Source: Tubiluchus corallicola (lineage: Eukaryota > Animalia > Priapulida). Taken from it: a DNA stretch of 64,000 nt. The notes under the pieces were generated by a model. It was not told the DNA's origin and made no database searches. It saw only the letters and a list, made by a program, of their open reading frames with translations. Made by a program: the position numbers and the translations under genes. Location: contig JAQGDQ010000301.1 of assembly GCA_030141605.1 (NCBI GenBank), forward strand, positions 222,573 through 286,572, in the 5' to 3' direction. This document shows, in pieces, positions 34,620 to 49,072 of this stretch. The stretch's first letter is position 1. Every line of letters begins with the position of its first letter.

Positions 34620-35060
34620 GACGCGGTCGAGGATGTCTATACACTGATGCCGGATTTTTCTCTTTCGTTTTTCTCTAATACGTAGCGGAAGCGAAACCAA
34701 GTAGCAGTGTTTCCGTATAGCAATTAAATGCTTAGAAACCGGATAAATCTGAAGCCAGTTTAGTTGACATGGTAAAATGAACATTAAAGTACGTAGAATA
34801 CATCACGTATCGTGCTTGCCAACAGTTAATTCGAAACGTGACCATTGGGAAGCGGGAAGGTAGATGTTTACGTTTCTGTCCTCCCGAGTTTCGCTGCTGC
34901 ACCTGCCTTTTAATGGACAATTGTCGAATAATTGTCTAGTAGAATCCGACTGAATCCGGGATCAGGTGTCTTCTTGTGCTGATTCACAGTCTAGGATGAA
35001 CATCCGCAAGCTAATTGCACTGAAGCCAGAGCTTAAACGTCTGAAATAAAACAAGAACTC
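34620..35060 (-). other. 5' leader and splice acceptor of the GPCR coding exon
   Basis: Minus strand reads GAGTTCTTGTTTTATTTCAG ending at 35041, a strong acceptor about 420 nt upstream of ATG 34619. Confidence 0.6.
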
Positions 35061-36277
35061 CTGTAAAATAGGGTAATTTTATATCAAATTTGTGAAATTT
35101 CGTTGGTTTAGTACAACCTTGTTACTAAAATATTTTGCTTCGAGGCGTTTATTGTGAAGGATCCGTTGTGTTTATGGAAATCTCAGGTAGATCGCGAACC
35201 CAGAACACTAAATTCTTTTATACTTCAATAAGTCACGGCCATATTTATCTACCTTCATTAGTATGGCGTAATGGTCTTCTCATTTGGCATGCTGACAAAG
35301 GTTCGATTGGTTGAAGCAAACAGACCAAACGGAAAGCATTGTCACAACCACGTTGTAGCTTACAAAAACATAGATTTAATGACATTTGCAATGTAGACTA
35401 CAATAACCCAATAAACATACGAATGAGACATTTTAGAATCAACAGGATTAATGTTTATTGTATTTATTAATAAGTGTATATTATATATACACACAATTGC
35501 ACTATGGTAATGAAATATAAATAGTTAGTTAATGATAAACAGGTCATCCATGACACACATATTCTACACGTTTGCGTATATTTAATGGCTTCATTAGTGG
35601 TTTCTTTATTACAAAATCCCCAGTAGATATGTAAGCAAATGCATGGCAGTAATAACTGAACATTTTAGCTGACTTCCAGGTAAAGCATATCAATATTACA
35701 ACAGTCCTTTGCAGCAACACTGCATTATTTATACTTTTACTGAGTTTCTTAGCCATCATAAACTGAGAAACTGAAAAACGCCATCTCAATGACAGAGCCA
35801 ACACCACGGCTATGGTTAAAAATGTCATCTCCAATTCTAGCTGGTCACAGAGTGACTTTTCGTTTGAAAAAATAATCCATCATCAGGCTACAAATTAAAA
35901 CAAAGTTATAAGTGGTAAGAAACGCAAGTGCAAATCGGTCTTCTTGGTGTTAATATAACTAAGAAAACTGAATTGTATTTCAGTTTCTTGCCACTTGTAA
36001 CTTTATTTTCATTTGGATTATTTTATCAACCGAAACTTCAGTCGGGATATAACCAGCAAGAATAAAGGGTTTCAACCATACCGTGGTGTTCATTATGTTC
36101 CTAGCCATTATTGCAACACACAACTACAAACCGGCAATCTTACAAGGATCTTTTCGTCTTCATATTGTTTAAGTCTGATTTCGGTCTCGGGTATTTAATC
36201 AAGTTCATACTTCACATTCCTGCGTTCACATGAGACACGTGACCTTTTGCTTTTAGCTGTTCTGCAGCTAGACTTAA

Positions 36278-37327
36278 AGGAAGACAGGATGATTTTTCAT
36301 ATACAACCCCATTCCCATTTTCCAGTCCGATGAAAAGTAATTTTAACACGATTAATACTGCAAGAGCGTTTCTGATTAACGGCTGGCGAGCCCAACTATT
36401 GATGACATCACAAACGTACATAATTTTCAACAGCAAAAATATTCCACGAGCGTGTTGCACGTGTTTGCAAAATTGAAGTATACTGCTACTGTGAGATATT
36501 TAGTGTGTGTTGTACTAAAACTAGGCAAGTTTTAAGATAAAAATTCAAATTTCAAATTTACCGCTGTGCTCCAGCATGAGCTGTCGAACGTGTGCAGTTC
36601 ATCACAAACGAACACATCTGAGCAGAGAGATACAGCACCTGTATTTTGTGCAGTGCGTTTCTGAAATACAGGCGCTAGTGCCCGTCTAACTAGAGAATGG
36701 CGAAATGCATGTAACGGCGAAGAACTAGTGGCGCGAGCGGGAAATGTGCTAATGTGTTTGTGTGCTAATAATTCTTTCACGTAATTCGTTTATGAAAAAA
36801 TATGTTTCCTTTCAAAACTCTAAAGAGCAGTTCATTTTTACCTATACAGTGGCCGCCGCTTATTGTGGACACCTCGGGCCAGCAGTGTATGTCCATATTA
36901 AGCGGCTGTCCATATTAAGCGAAGTGACCCATGAAGACCCTTCCCCTTCATTAAAAAAGGCAAAAAACTGTCTGTATCAACTCGTCTCCTGTTTTATTGA
37001 AAAAAAGAAGTCAGACGAGTTTGTTTGGCAGGAAACTTTTCTCTCAACCTTGAACGGAAGGAAGTTATCACAGTTTCGAAGCTTTCAAGGCCACGGCAAA
37101 CGGCGAACTGACTGATGCAATGACTCACACAGGCAGCAGAGCGGGAAGCTCTTTTCAATCACGCGCGCAGGCCGTGGTTGGCACGGCTGGTTCACGTTAT
37201 ATGACCTTACGTTATAGGTTCGCTGTCCATATTAAGCGGCGGTTGTCCATATTAACCGGCTGTCCACAATAACCGTGTCCATAATAAGCGGCGGCCACTG
37301 TATTTTAAGATTTAGTTCGGTTTTTCT
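36278..37327 (-). mobile_element. Family B copy 2, interrupted by a nested MITE
   Basis: TTAA-AGGAAGACAGG left end, CGGTTTTTCT-TTAA right end; the sequence rejoins the family consensus when 36847-37302 is removed. Confidence 0.75.
36847..37300. mobile_element. Tc1/mariner (pogo/Tigger-like) MITE, 454 bp
   Basis: TA flanks (36845-36846, 37301-37302); 26-bp TIR CAGTGGCCGCCGCTTATTGTGGACAC / GTGTCCATAATAAGCGGCGGCCACTG; subterminal TGTCCATATTAAGCG repeats. Confidence 0.85.
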
Positions 37328-37834
37328 TTAAAGAACGTCTCACTGCTTTTCACATTTCTGTCAGAATCGATAAATTTGGTCACCACTTTAGCTCACGTGC
37401 ATATTTGCTTCTACCTTTGGGAGTAAGACCATTAGTGTGGCGTCTCTTTTAAGCTTCTCTTGTAAATAATAGCGTATGTACGTAACGTGGATTATAATAT
37501 GACCGCTTATTTCACTTTGAGTTGACATAGTGTAGAATGTCATTGCAGATATCGTGTTCGCTGCAATATTGAATCAGAACATGGAAATTCGTATCAAGTG
37601 TCTCCACAAATAAATCTTCCTTTCCATAAGCTGTTCGTATTAGTTTGTCGGTGTAGGATGAGACTTTGTTAAACAAAACCATCGCTACTGCACCACACAT
37701 TCGAGTCACAATGAAATAGATTTTCATTTCTGACAATAGTAAACAAAAAACCCCTGGCAAGTTAGTTCGTTGAGCACTAGCTCTTACATGAGTCAATTAT
37801 ATTTTAATTGTATTGTTATTCTTACTATTATATT

Positions 37835-38030
37835 ATCAGCATCGTCAACGCCATCGTCAGATTCATCATGATCGTCTGCATCATCATCGTCGCCGTCATC
37901 GTTGCCGTCATCAGCATCATCGTCGTCGTCGTCGTCGTTGTCATCATCATCATCATCATCATCGTTGTCGTCGTCGTCGTCGTCGTCACCACCATCATCA
38001 TCGTCATCATCTCTATTATTATTATTATTA
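37835..38030. repeat. (CAT/CGT)n and (TAT)n microsatellite
   Basis: Seen directly. Confidence 0.95.
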
Positions 38031-38659
38031 TCTTTACATGTCATTTCTATTTTGTCAATCATTGAAAATGAATTTACACACACGATCAATCAGTTTAAGT
38101 GAAGAGCTATAAAAACGTGCGCTGCTGAAGGCTCATCAGCTAATGCGTCCTAGGGTAAGTAAAATAATGAAAAGAAAGAACACACGAAAACAAATTAAAA
38201 CATATTTACAACGTACGTAAAAGAAAATTATAAAACTATTATTGCTTTGGACGGGCGAATTTTGAACTTTCTTGTATGTTGTCGTGTTGGTGCAATGAAC
38301 TTTCATGTTTGGCTAACTTTGAATGATTTTAAGTTGGACAGAATGTAGTTTATTTAGACAGCAATGGCAGAGAATCTCCGTGCAGAACGGCTTGTAAACT
38401 TCATCATATAATTGCTGCTGCAGCGTTGTAATTTGTTTTTCAATTACCTATCCAAATTTTCTACCGATAGTGTTTTTTTGTAAAAAACATTTATTCAAAT
38501 ATACAGAGTTCTCAATAAATCAGCAGCTGCTTAACTCAAAATTCCTCTGTATAGGTATTAAAAATTAATACTTACTCGCACCCACTCCAAAGACAATTAA
38601 ATAAGAAACACTTGCAATTATACAAAAACATTACCTACTTTTACAAACAAGCATTGAAA

Positions 38660-38904
<245 letters not shown>

Positions 38905-39418
38905 TGAAATAACTGATGTCAAGCGGACAGATTATACAAGAACAATAAGAAGCTGATGAATAACCTATAAAAATGATACGACTAGCCACTCACTACTTGA
39001 ATTAGATTGACTGATAATAATGACATAGTTTAAGAGAAAGTATTATAGTTATACTTTTATTATAGTGTAACAAACTATCATAGTTACAGTTTATTAACCC
39101 GCACAAGCTACTATAGTTAAATTTGCATTTTCGAAGACATAATATGCATCTGTATTTCAAAACAGAAGCAGATAATTTACGGAGTCAGAGATATCATTAG
39201 ATCCACTTGTAGGAGATTGCACTTTTCACTAACGGAGCAATCATTAATATTTATGTAAAGTTAAAGAATGGAATCTATTCTTAGTAAGAAAATGTAGCGT
39301 ACATTATTATATGCAACACATATCAACAAAAAATGTTCTGAAGTTTGACAATGTAGATTACATTTATTACATATGGGCGATATAAACATAAATTGCGCTT
39401 GTAAGGAGAAAAATTTAA

Positions 39419-40090
39419 AGTACAAGAAAACCCTCATCTTACATAAAAGCTCAAAATTCGTCTTGAAATTTTATACCACTTACATACTACCTTTTCGTAT
39501 GCATGGCTTGCATCGGCCGTAACGCTGTATAAAACATGTAAATTTAGACTCCTGCGATGACCGTTAGACGCAGCCATTTTGATGGTAGGTCGTTTGAAAC
39601 AAGTTTAGATAACATTCTGTAAAGTTTGAAAAAATAATCAGAGCATTCTTAGCGCAGACGTCGCTAACTAAGTAAGATTTAAAATTACTGTATCTTGTCA
39701 AAAAAGTTAAAAGTACGTTTTCAGTTAGTGAGCGGTGCACCCTGGAGGGTGAGCCAACGACATTTTACCAATTGGTGAAAACTTTTTAAATAATTAATAA
39801 TTTTCTTTTCTAGTTGCACAAATCTTTCAAACATGTGAGCGAAATGTTAAGTAACATAGATTTGCATGGAAAGTTTTTTGGGTCATAATTTAACATTACC
39901 TTTTCTTCCTGTGTCGTAGTGACGTCATGTAATGGCGCCGTCGGAACAGTATTGTGGGAGATTTAAAATGAAAACAAACGAAAATTCCTTTCAACGCGAA
40001 TACCGCATGTGTATAAAGTTGCTATAAAGTAATAAAATTTTTAAGGCGATTTTCCTGAAACCTACTTCAGGTACCCCATTTTCTTATCCT
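39419..40090 (+). mobile_element. Kolobok-like family A copy 2
   Basis: TTAA-AGTACAAGAAAA ... TTTTCTTATCCT-TTAA; shared internal sequence such as GACCGTTAGACGCAGCCATTTT. Confidence 0.8.
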
Positions 40091-40914
40091 TTAAAACATT
40101 TGTGCCTAAGCGCAATCGGCATAATAAAACACTAGCGTGCCTACTTCCTGAAAAATAATATAGTTCAAATGGCGGATGAAACATTTAGCTAACTATGATA
40201 AGATTTGAAAAAAGAATTAAAACTACATAATTACGACTTCCGTACCAAAAAGTTATACAAAAAATTATCGGATTTATATGTGGCGAAAATGAGCTGTATT
40301 GAGCAATTAAAGCGAGTGCGCTTCGCACAAGAATAAACCATCATTAGTCATCAAAATATTGTTAATCACAGCCTCAATAAACGGAATTATAAATTGAAAC
40401 ACAGGTAGCGGAACGCAATAGAGCAGTACACTAGTAACAGAAAACACCTAAAAACGTGTCATTAATCACTGGCTAAATGCTATACCAAGTTTCACAACAT
40501 TTGTTTAAAAACGATAAATAAGTCGGAGAAACAGAGAACAATTCAGGTTGCTATAAATTGTTATTTATGCGTTTTTAGTATATAGCACGTCAAGTCAGTT
40601 CAACAATTTCAAGTTCATAAACCTTATCAGGTGTCAGGAATTTATTTGCTCATAAATTAGGCTGCTTTGACATTGCAAAACCCTGTATTTGTGAAACTGG
40701 CAGATAATTCACTTTATCATGTCTTGCTTCACTTGCGTGGTGTGATGTTTGTCATGCATCTGTGTCGCCTCCTATTTTTTCATAACATGAACAAATAGAG
40801 ATAATCTTGTAAAATTTAAATGCTTTACCTCTACGTGCTCAGCTAGGTTTTTAGTTTTTCATTAAAATATAATGATTTCATTAAAATAGCGTTTTGTAAG
40901 GAATAGATTTAATT

Positions 40915-40989
40915 CAGTACTAGTAGTACAAGCAGTAGTAGTAGTAGCAGTTGTAGTAGCAGTAGCAGTAGCGGTACCACCACCAGCAA

Positions 40990-41046
<57 letters not shown>

Positions 41047-41227
41047 TAGTAACAGTAGTGCGAGTAACAGCAGCAGCAACAGCAACAGTAGCAGTAGTAA
41101 TAGCAGCAGCAGTAGTAGCACCACCAGCAGCAGTAGTAGTAGTAGTAGTAGCAGCAGCAGCAGCAACAGCAGCAGCATTAGCAGTAACAGCAGTAGTGGC
41201 AGTAGTAGTAGCAGTAGCAGTAGCAGT

Positions 41228-41262
<35 letters not shown>

Positions 41263-41353
41263 CAACAGCAGTAGTAGTAGTACCACCAGCAGTAGCAGCA
41301 GTAGTAGTAGCAGTAGTAGCAGTAGCAGTAGCAGTAGTAGCAGTAGTAGCAGT

Positions 41354-41402
<49 letters not shown>

Positions 41403-41701
41403 CTACCACCACCAGCAGCAGCAGTAGCAGTAGCAACAGCAGTCGCAGTAGTAGTAGCAGTAGCAGCAGCAGCAGCAGTAGCAACAGCAGTAGTAGTAGT
41501 ACCACCAGCAGTAGCAGCAGTAGTAGTAGCAGTAGTAGCAGTAGCAGTAGCAGTAGCAGTAGCAGTAGCAGTAGCAGTAGCAGTAGCAGTAGCAGTAGCA
41601 GTAGCAGCAGCAGCAGGAGCAGCAGCAGGAGCAGTAGCAGTAGCAGTAGCAGCAGCAGCAGCAGCAGCAAAAGCAGTAGTAGTAGCTGTAGCAGTAGCAA
41701 T

Positions 41702-41747
<46 letters not shown>

Positions 41748-41756
41748 GCCGCCGCT
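40915..41756. repeat. Compound (GCA/GTA)n trinucleotide tract with internal ~219-bp duplication
   Basis: Seen directly; TACCACCAGCAGTAGCAGCAGT at 41281 and 41500. Confidence 0.95.
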
Positions 41757-41907
41757 AGAGCTGTGGTAATGCATAACAGAAACTGTAATCAAACAGCCAT
41801 GTAACGGTACTAAAACGTGGAATATTAGGGCAAATTCACATGCAGGAATTTGTGAGGCAACGAAATAATCAAATGAGATGCTACCCAGCAACTGCCGTAG
41901 TTTTTAA

Positions 41908-42574
41908 AGAACAAGAAAACCCTCCACTTACATTAAGCTTAAAAAATTCTTCTCGAAATTTTATACCACTTACGTACTACCTTTTCGTATGCATGGCTTG
42001 CGTCGGCCGTAAGGCTGTATAAAACGTGTAAATTTAAACTCCGCGGTGACCGTTACGCGCGACCATTTTAATGGTAGGTCGCTTGAAACAAGTTTTGATA
42101 ACATTAAGTAAAGTTTGAAGAAATAATCAGAGCATTCGTAGCATGCATGTTGCTAATTAAGTAAAATTTTAAATTACTGTATCTTGTCAATAAGATTAAA
42201 AATACGTATTTGGTTAATGAGTGGCGCACCCTCGAGGGTGAGTCAGCGACATTTTACCAATTGGCACGAACATTTTAAATTATTAGTCTAGTTAGATAAG
42301 TCTTTCCAACAGGTAAGTGAAATGCTCAGTAATATACATTTGCACCGAAAGTTTTTGGGACATAATTTAACATTGCCTTTTCTTCCCCAGATTTACGTGG
42401 CGCAGTGACGTCATGTAATGGCGCCGTCGGAACAGTATGAGGGAGATTTAAAATGAAAACAAACGAAAATTCATTTCGACGCGAACACGATATGTGCATA
42501 AAGTTGCTGTAAAGTAGTATAATTTTTTAAGGCGATTTTTCTGAAACCTACTTCATGTACCCCTTTTCTTGTCC
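41908..42574 (+). mobile_element. Kolobok-like family A copy 3
   Basis: TTAA-AGAACAAGAAAA ... TTTTCTTGTCC-TTAA. Confidence 0.8.
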
Positions 42575-42829
42575 TTAACTACATGCACTAAATTCAATAA
42601 ACAGTAGGCGTCACAGTCGCCGCCATTAAATATCCAATTAATGAGCTTAAAAATGTTTATAAAAATTTTGTTTATTAGATTTTTAATAAGACCCTCGTCG
42701 TTTTAGCACTTTACGGCAAGGAGGTGATTTGTGCTAAAATAGTCACCTTAGCAGTGTGGCAGAATGACTCAAGCTTATGCACAATAGAACAGCAAGTGTT
42801 AGCATCATCATTCAAACCTTCAGAAAAAT

Positions 42830-42997
42830 AATAAGAACAGAAAAGAGAAAGGCCGAGAGAAAGAGAAAGGGTACTGAAGAGGGAAAAGAGACGGGGAGGC
42901 AAAGGGAAGGAGAGAATAAACAAGAGAGAGAGAGGGGAGAGAGAGAGAGAGAGAAATAGTGACCAAATGAAAGGAAAAAAGCAAGAGAGAGACGAAC

Positions 42998-43028
<31 letters not shown>

Positions 43029-43062
43029 AAGATGGAAAGAAAGAAAGAGAGTGAGTGAGAGG
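42830..43062. repeat. GA-rich polypurine tract
   Basis: Seen directly. Confidence 0.9.
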
Positions 43063-43649
43063 CTTACAGTAAGTTTCTTCTGTTCTATATTGGTAGTAAA
43101 GAGTTTTAAGATGAAGCAATATCATTTGTCACAGATACTCACGATATCTTTACAAACAAGAGCTGAAAATGGAAATTAACCTAATGCATAATGCCCTAAA
43201 ACGTGTCAAAGATATTCCTGTTATTATGAACGTGAGAATATTATAACCCGATATTACATTACCAAAGGTCTATTCTTGTGTACAAAGCCAAATCGATCAT
43301 TCTCACTTTGCTCAATGCAACATTACAAGCTAGATCAATTGCTGCTACAAAAGAAACGAATATTGTATAATGGACTACATATCCTACACGTGTGTACTGC
43401 CCTTAAGACAAGCCACGGAATCAATGTTTGGGGTGTTGTCATCAACACATTCCAGCGGCACGCAAGATACTAAAGCTCTGTTGCGTTATTAGACATTGTA
43501 GAATCTGGAAAGGCCACCTTGGTCAACTCAACCTCAAGCCCCTATATAAATACGCACATTTTAATAACCAGTGAACACTCTGTCTTTTCTCACTTATTTC
43601 ATTTCACAAATGCATCAGGACGAGAACAGGACATCATTATTACGATCTT

Positions 43650-44463
43650 CGCGGGCCCAAGGAGAGGGGTGTGAAGCCGGTACCATGAAGTTCCAGGGGG
43701 AACCATGAAGTCCCGGGGTCGTAAATATTAAAATTTTGTACGTCGGCATGACCAGTGTTCGTGTCCATCCGAAACAGATGCCCTACTTTGGTTATGCAAC
43801 GGTAAAGTTAGAAACCCTAAATTTTGCAAAGTTGGACAATATTTTTATCGGATTCTCACCTACATTTAACATTACTTCATATGCAAAACAATTGAGACCT
43901 AGTACTGTAAAACATAGTCAGCTTTAACATGATCTCGCTAGTAGATCTGGCAAGGTTGAGTACTGAAGCTGAAAGTCAATACTGATGAGATTATTTTGCC
44001 TGTTTTGCAAGGTAAAAGGCAGAAAGCCACTTTATTTAGCAAAAAATGAACCTGGACTTATTATGGTTGACTGTGACTGTGAATGAATGATTTATAGAAT
44101 AGTAGTTGATGCTGGTGGTTGTAGCTGCTTGCTGGTTATTGTTGTCTATTGTGTTGGTGGCTGTGGCTCGTGAAGATTTCGTGTGAAACAGCCACGATGG
44201 GTATGGCAAACTATCAAGAGTTTGTTTAGCAAACTGCACGTTTATTAAACATCAGCACAACCACTGTATCCATAAGAGGATAGCACTCCCCTTCCTCAAT
44301 CCGTCTTAATGATTTCTTAATGTTCACATTTCAGTTACTAACAAAATAAAGATTATTGGACACGACTTATTGTATTATAATCTTCATGCCATTGTATAGG
44401 TGAGGGAGGGCCCGAAAATTTGGCTTCTTCCTCATTCACATAAAACGTCTCTCGGCGGCCCTG
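43650..44463. mobile_element. Possible hAT-like non-autonomous relic
   Basis: Right end CTCTCGGCGGCCCTG; degenerate left end GCGGGCCCAAGGAGAG. Confidence 0.35.
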
Positions 44464-47400
44464 GGTCAAAGGCAAGAACTGCTAGCAATTTTATCCGTCT
44501 ATGACTCCACCCGGGATCATTGGTGACAAACCTCAGTTAGCACTGCGAACTGCTAGAGTGGATGCAATGACCCCAAGTCGTTGGCTAAGAGTCCCATCAC
44601 TACCGTGAACGATTATTTTCACTCGCCAAATTTCCAACCGCACATTTTGACAAACAAATTGCCAAGCACAGAGGCTTGGGTCGTCAAACATGCCACACAT
44701 TTTGTTTGACATAGATATAAAGTTTCACAGTTTTTATAGTATGTCAGACAACAATAGTATCGCATTCCTTTATCCCCATCCAGTTTTAGGAATCCCCTTC
44801 CTCATCCTCCCACTCAGATTCTTGTTCTTATTTTGTTTGGAATTAATATTAACAAGTTAAACAGTTTATTATGATTTTGCCTTCAAAATTTGGAAACTCG
44901 ACGTCGCATTATTTTTAGACAAGCTTTATAAGCACTTTGAAAACTGTTTAGGTTAAGAAAACTCTCCTCTCATGATCGAGGTCGTTATAATTCTGAACCC
45001 CAAAGAAATCCCGAATCCCTTTCCCGAATACTGAGTCCCGCCCCGAACACTGTTCCCGAATCTCTCGTCCCGTCTCGGCTCCGAAGCTAAAAAGCTTATA
45101 AATTTGAAAAAAAACGTTTGCATCACGTTTTTGAGATTTATCGAGAAAAACGAGACCTTTAGCGAGCTATTCAAAGCTTAAATTTTGTGAAAAAATATCA
45201 TTTATTGGGATTTTATTAACTGTAGCTACATCGCGTGATGGCCAAGGTTCTAGTATTTTTGTTAAACGCATAAATATCTTTTCGCGACACATGCAAAGAA
45301 CGTTTCAAGACACGGCCTGAGAGATTTTCATTAAAACGGCTACGTGAGATTTTTAATCTTGTACCAGAAATTTTGACCTCATTTTTCGGAAAGCGGAAAT
45401 TAGTCGTTTTTAATTGTCATTGATTGCAAGTAAATGTTTCACAAGTCCAATGAAGATCATACAGACTGTTCCGTAGGTTCGCATTTACTATGAGAACTGA
45501 AAATGTCAGATTGCCTTTACGACCATTGTACACATGGGAGTCACATCAACCTCGAACAAAAAACATTTTATAGCGCGTAATTATGACTATTCCAATTCAA
45601 AGTCCATTAGTGACACTGCCTCGTAAATAATGTTAAAATTTTATTAGACCACACGAGGCGAGTTTTGTACTTCGAACAAGGCCGCAAGAAAAATCGTGAT
45701 AAAGACCGATTCAAACTCAGACAAGTCCATTCAAAATTAAGCAGTGTGGCCCAGTCTAGCATTTCCGGTAGCTACTTATGACTCGGTCATTGTGGTCTGT
45801 GAACAGCATTCTATGACACTGGGTAGTCTAGTTATCATTACAATAATAAATGATAAATATATATTTACATGTATAATTTATAAAATTCATCATCGTAATC
45901 GTCATCATCATCGTCAATGCACATGACGTAGGTATATGTATGTGTGTGTGCGTACGTATATGTATATGTATAACTATATGTATACGTATATGTAACTACA
46001 TTTATTATTGTTACATATAGTATACAAGTGTATATAAATAAATAAATAAATAAAAATACACGTCTTTACTTTTTTGTTTTTTTAGTTTAGTACGGTTAAG
46101 CTGTGACGCGTGCATGTTCGCTTAATTACCTTATGTATATTGTTTTTAAACAGTAATGAAAATTTTTGTTTTTCACATTGTCTTTTGCTTGCTATGCGCA
46201 ATTTATGTACGAAATTAACTTATCATCGATTCACTTATTATCACAGCCAAACACTGGCAGTGTCAATCAGCTGTTTCTCTGTGCCATTGCAAAAGTCCTG
46301 CCACAGTACCATCGCGAGAAAAAAACGCATCCTTGGGGAAACAGCAAGCAAGCACAGTTGCACGTCAGCACAGTAAGCCTTTTCATAGTTCCAGCTATTG
46401 ATGATGATCGTGAAAAGGTCAAAGGTTATGTGTACCAGACAACGCAGTTGTGTACACTTGATAACGCCTCGCAGCCCAAGCCATTGTATTAGTAACAGTT
46501 TTAACAGCTAGCTAGAACCTTATCTAGTTCATTTTTTCTTGTTTCCGAGCAAGATCCTGCTAGTAAATCACTCTACACACAGACTAATGCCTTCACTAAT
46601 GGTAAAGTCCACGTAAAACAACTGAAGTCACTGAACTGACACGGCAGACGGCTTTGCTTTACACGCATGTCACGTGACGGTTGTAGTTAAGACGCGTTGC
46701 TATGGTACACGTAACTTTTGACCTACAGCAACTGCGCGTGCGCACAACGAAGCTTATTTCACGTGGTTTACACTTACAGCCATTTTATAAATCTGCTTGG
46801 TTATTATGATAAGAATCGAAGTGATTCGTCTATAATTCGCATAATTCGCAAGTAACAAGCTTTCCAAGAGGCTTTGCTAACTTTTCAAAGCAGCTTACAC
46901 AATTTACAAAATTTGACGTCAACCGAGTTTGCAATTTATCTGCTAAAAGCTGAGAAAAACAAAAATGGGTTGCATAGAATTTCCGAATAACACAATATAG
47001 TTTTCTTAAAGGAGAGAAATAAGATAACATTGTCAGTAAACGACAAAGACAAAACGCGATGCGTTTTCACTATGGAGTCCTTGGTGATGAAACTGTATTA
47101 TATTATTGTATTATTATTTTAAATTTATTTCATACTGTACTACGGGGCTGTGGTGAAATGAAGTGTAATACTGGCAGGGAATACAGTAGACTTCTCAGGT
47201 GTGCGTGTGAACGTGGCTTTATCTAGCACATAGACTCCTATTCTGACCTTGTGTTAGTAGGAGCCACTAATCAGGTGCACACCTGAGCTTATAAAAAGGG
47301 AAGGTCTGCTGTAGACCCTTGTCAGTGGTCGTGTCTTTCATTGCAGCTCTGTTCACATTTCACAGGGTTTGCCGCAAACTCCGTTCTTCTAGGTAAGCTG

Positions 47401-48479
47401 TTGTTCCTTATTGGGGGTGTAATATTTAGTAATAAATTGTCATAATATTGTAATAATATTTAGTAATAAATTGTCATTTCGACTCTATTATTCGGGTTCT
47501 GTTTTGGTTTGGTGTTGAAGGACTTAATTGGGACATGCCACACGGTGTGGGCCGCGGTGCCATCCGTCCTGCCTCCGTTAAAAGTGGACAGCAGTCTAAT
47601 ACTTTTAAAAGTACAAAACCTTGTACAAAATGAAAAAACACTCAACTATACAATAAAATTACGATATAAACAAATAAAATGCTTACACATACACAGCCAG
47701 ACACAAAACATAAAAACACAAGACAGATCACTAAAAATACAATATATAGGGCATAAAATGGTAAAAGATTTTGATTTCATAATGCAAAACAGTTTGTACC
47801 AGTTCGTCCATATACTATATTATGATATGCAGAGTAAACATACAATTTATCAATTATATTATTAGGTAGTTCTGCCTGCCCATATATAGAGGATCCTGTT
47901 ATCTTTCGTGTAATAACAAAATAGTTAGGAATATTAAAATTTACAATTCTTTTTACTTATGCTGCATCTTCACAAAATGTTGAAGCGCCTGGGAAATGCG
48001 TTACTGTGAGCCACCTTTAAGAAAGTGGAATTGTGTTGGAAAAAGTTGCACCACAGGACGCATGCGTAAAGTTGATTATGAAATCAAACATCATTATTTT
48101 CGTCTTTAAACAACATTTAGAGAAATATGAAGAGAAATATTTAGAAAAAGCATAGAGAAATATCCACCGCTTGAGCACAGTTGTCAACTCTTGTTTTTAT
48201 ATTTTCGCAAATTTTATTTTTATTTTTATTTATTTTTTACTTAAACCTATTCTAAATGAGGAACTTACTAAACATCACCCACCGTTCCATCAGCAGATAC
48301 GAGTTTCTATAAGTTTCCATTAACCTAAAGTGGTGTTTATGTATCATCTGGAATACGGATGTGTTTTTTTTTGGGGGGGGGGTGCAGAATAGATAAAATC
48401 GGTTTATAATATTGTTTTCAATGCACCAGTTTATCACACCTGCGTTATGCGTTATTGTTTCCTGCAGCTATTTCCTATT

Positions 48480-49072
48480 TACTACCCCTTTTTCAAGTAC
48501 GACAAAAAGTATACATTCTAAGACTGTTAATACAGTAAACGTGTTTTCGATAATTAAATAATAGAATAAAAACTTAATTAACGGCGGGCGAGCCCAAATA
48601 TCGATGACATCACAAACTAACATAATTTTCAACAATAAAAATATTCCACGAGCGTGTCGCACGCGTTTGTGAAAGCGAAAATTGAAGTACTGTGCTACTG
48701 TAAGATATTCAGTGTGTTGTACCAGAGCTAGGCAAGTTTTAAGATAAAAATTCAAATTTCAAATTACCGCACTGTGCTCACGCATGACCTGGCGAACGTG
48801 TGTAGTTCGTCACAAACTAACATTTCTGAACTGAGAGGTACAGCACCTGTTTTTGTGCAATGCGTTTCCGAAACACAGGCGTTTGTGCCCATCTAACTAG
48901 CGAATGGCGAAATGCATGTAACAGCGAAGAACTAGTGTCGTGAACGTGAAATTGCGTTTGTGTGGTAATAATTCTTTCACGTTAGTCATTTTCGAAAAAA
49001 TGTATGTTTCATTTCAGTATATTAAAGAATGGCTGTTTTGACTTGCAGTTTAACGTTGGGGCCGGTTTTGCT
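48480..49072 (-). mobile_element. Family B copy 3
   Basis: Reverse complement of the 22730-23334 sequence; CCGGTTTTGCT-TTAA end. Confidence 0.75.

Noticed and set aside
35261-35310. Pol III A/B box pair (TGGCGTAATGG...GGTTCGATT)
   Set aside because: Too short and degenerate for a tRNA; at most a SINE remnant.
40909-41891. Poly-Leu, poly-Ala/Val and poly-Cys/Tyr ORFs
   Set aside because: Translation of a trinucleotide microsatellite.
47130-47545. Solo LTR (TATAAAA, AATAAA, TGTGG...CCACA)
   Set aside because: No target-site duplication or second copy found; left uncalled.
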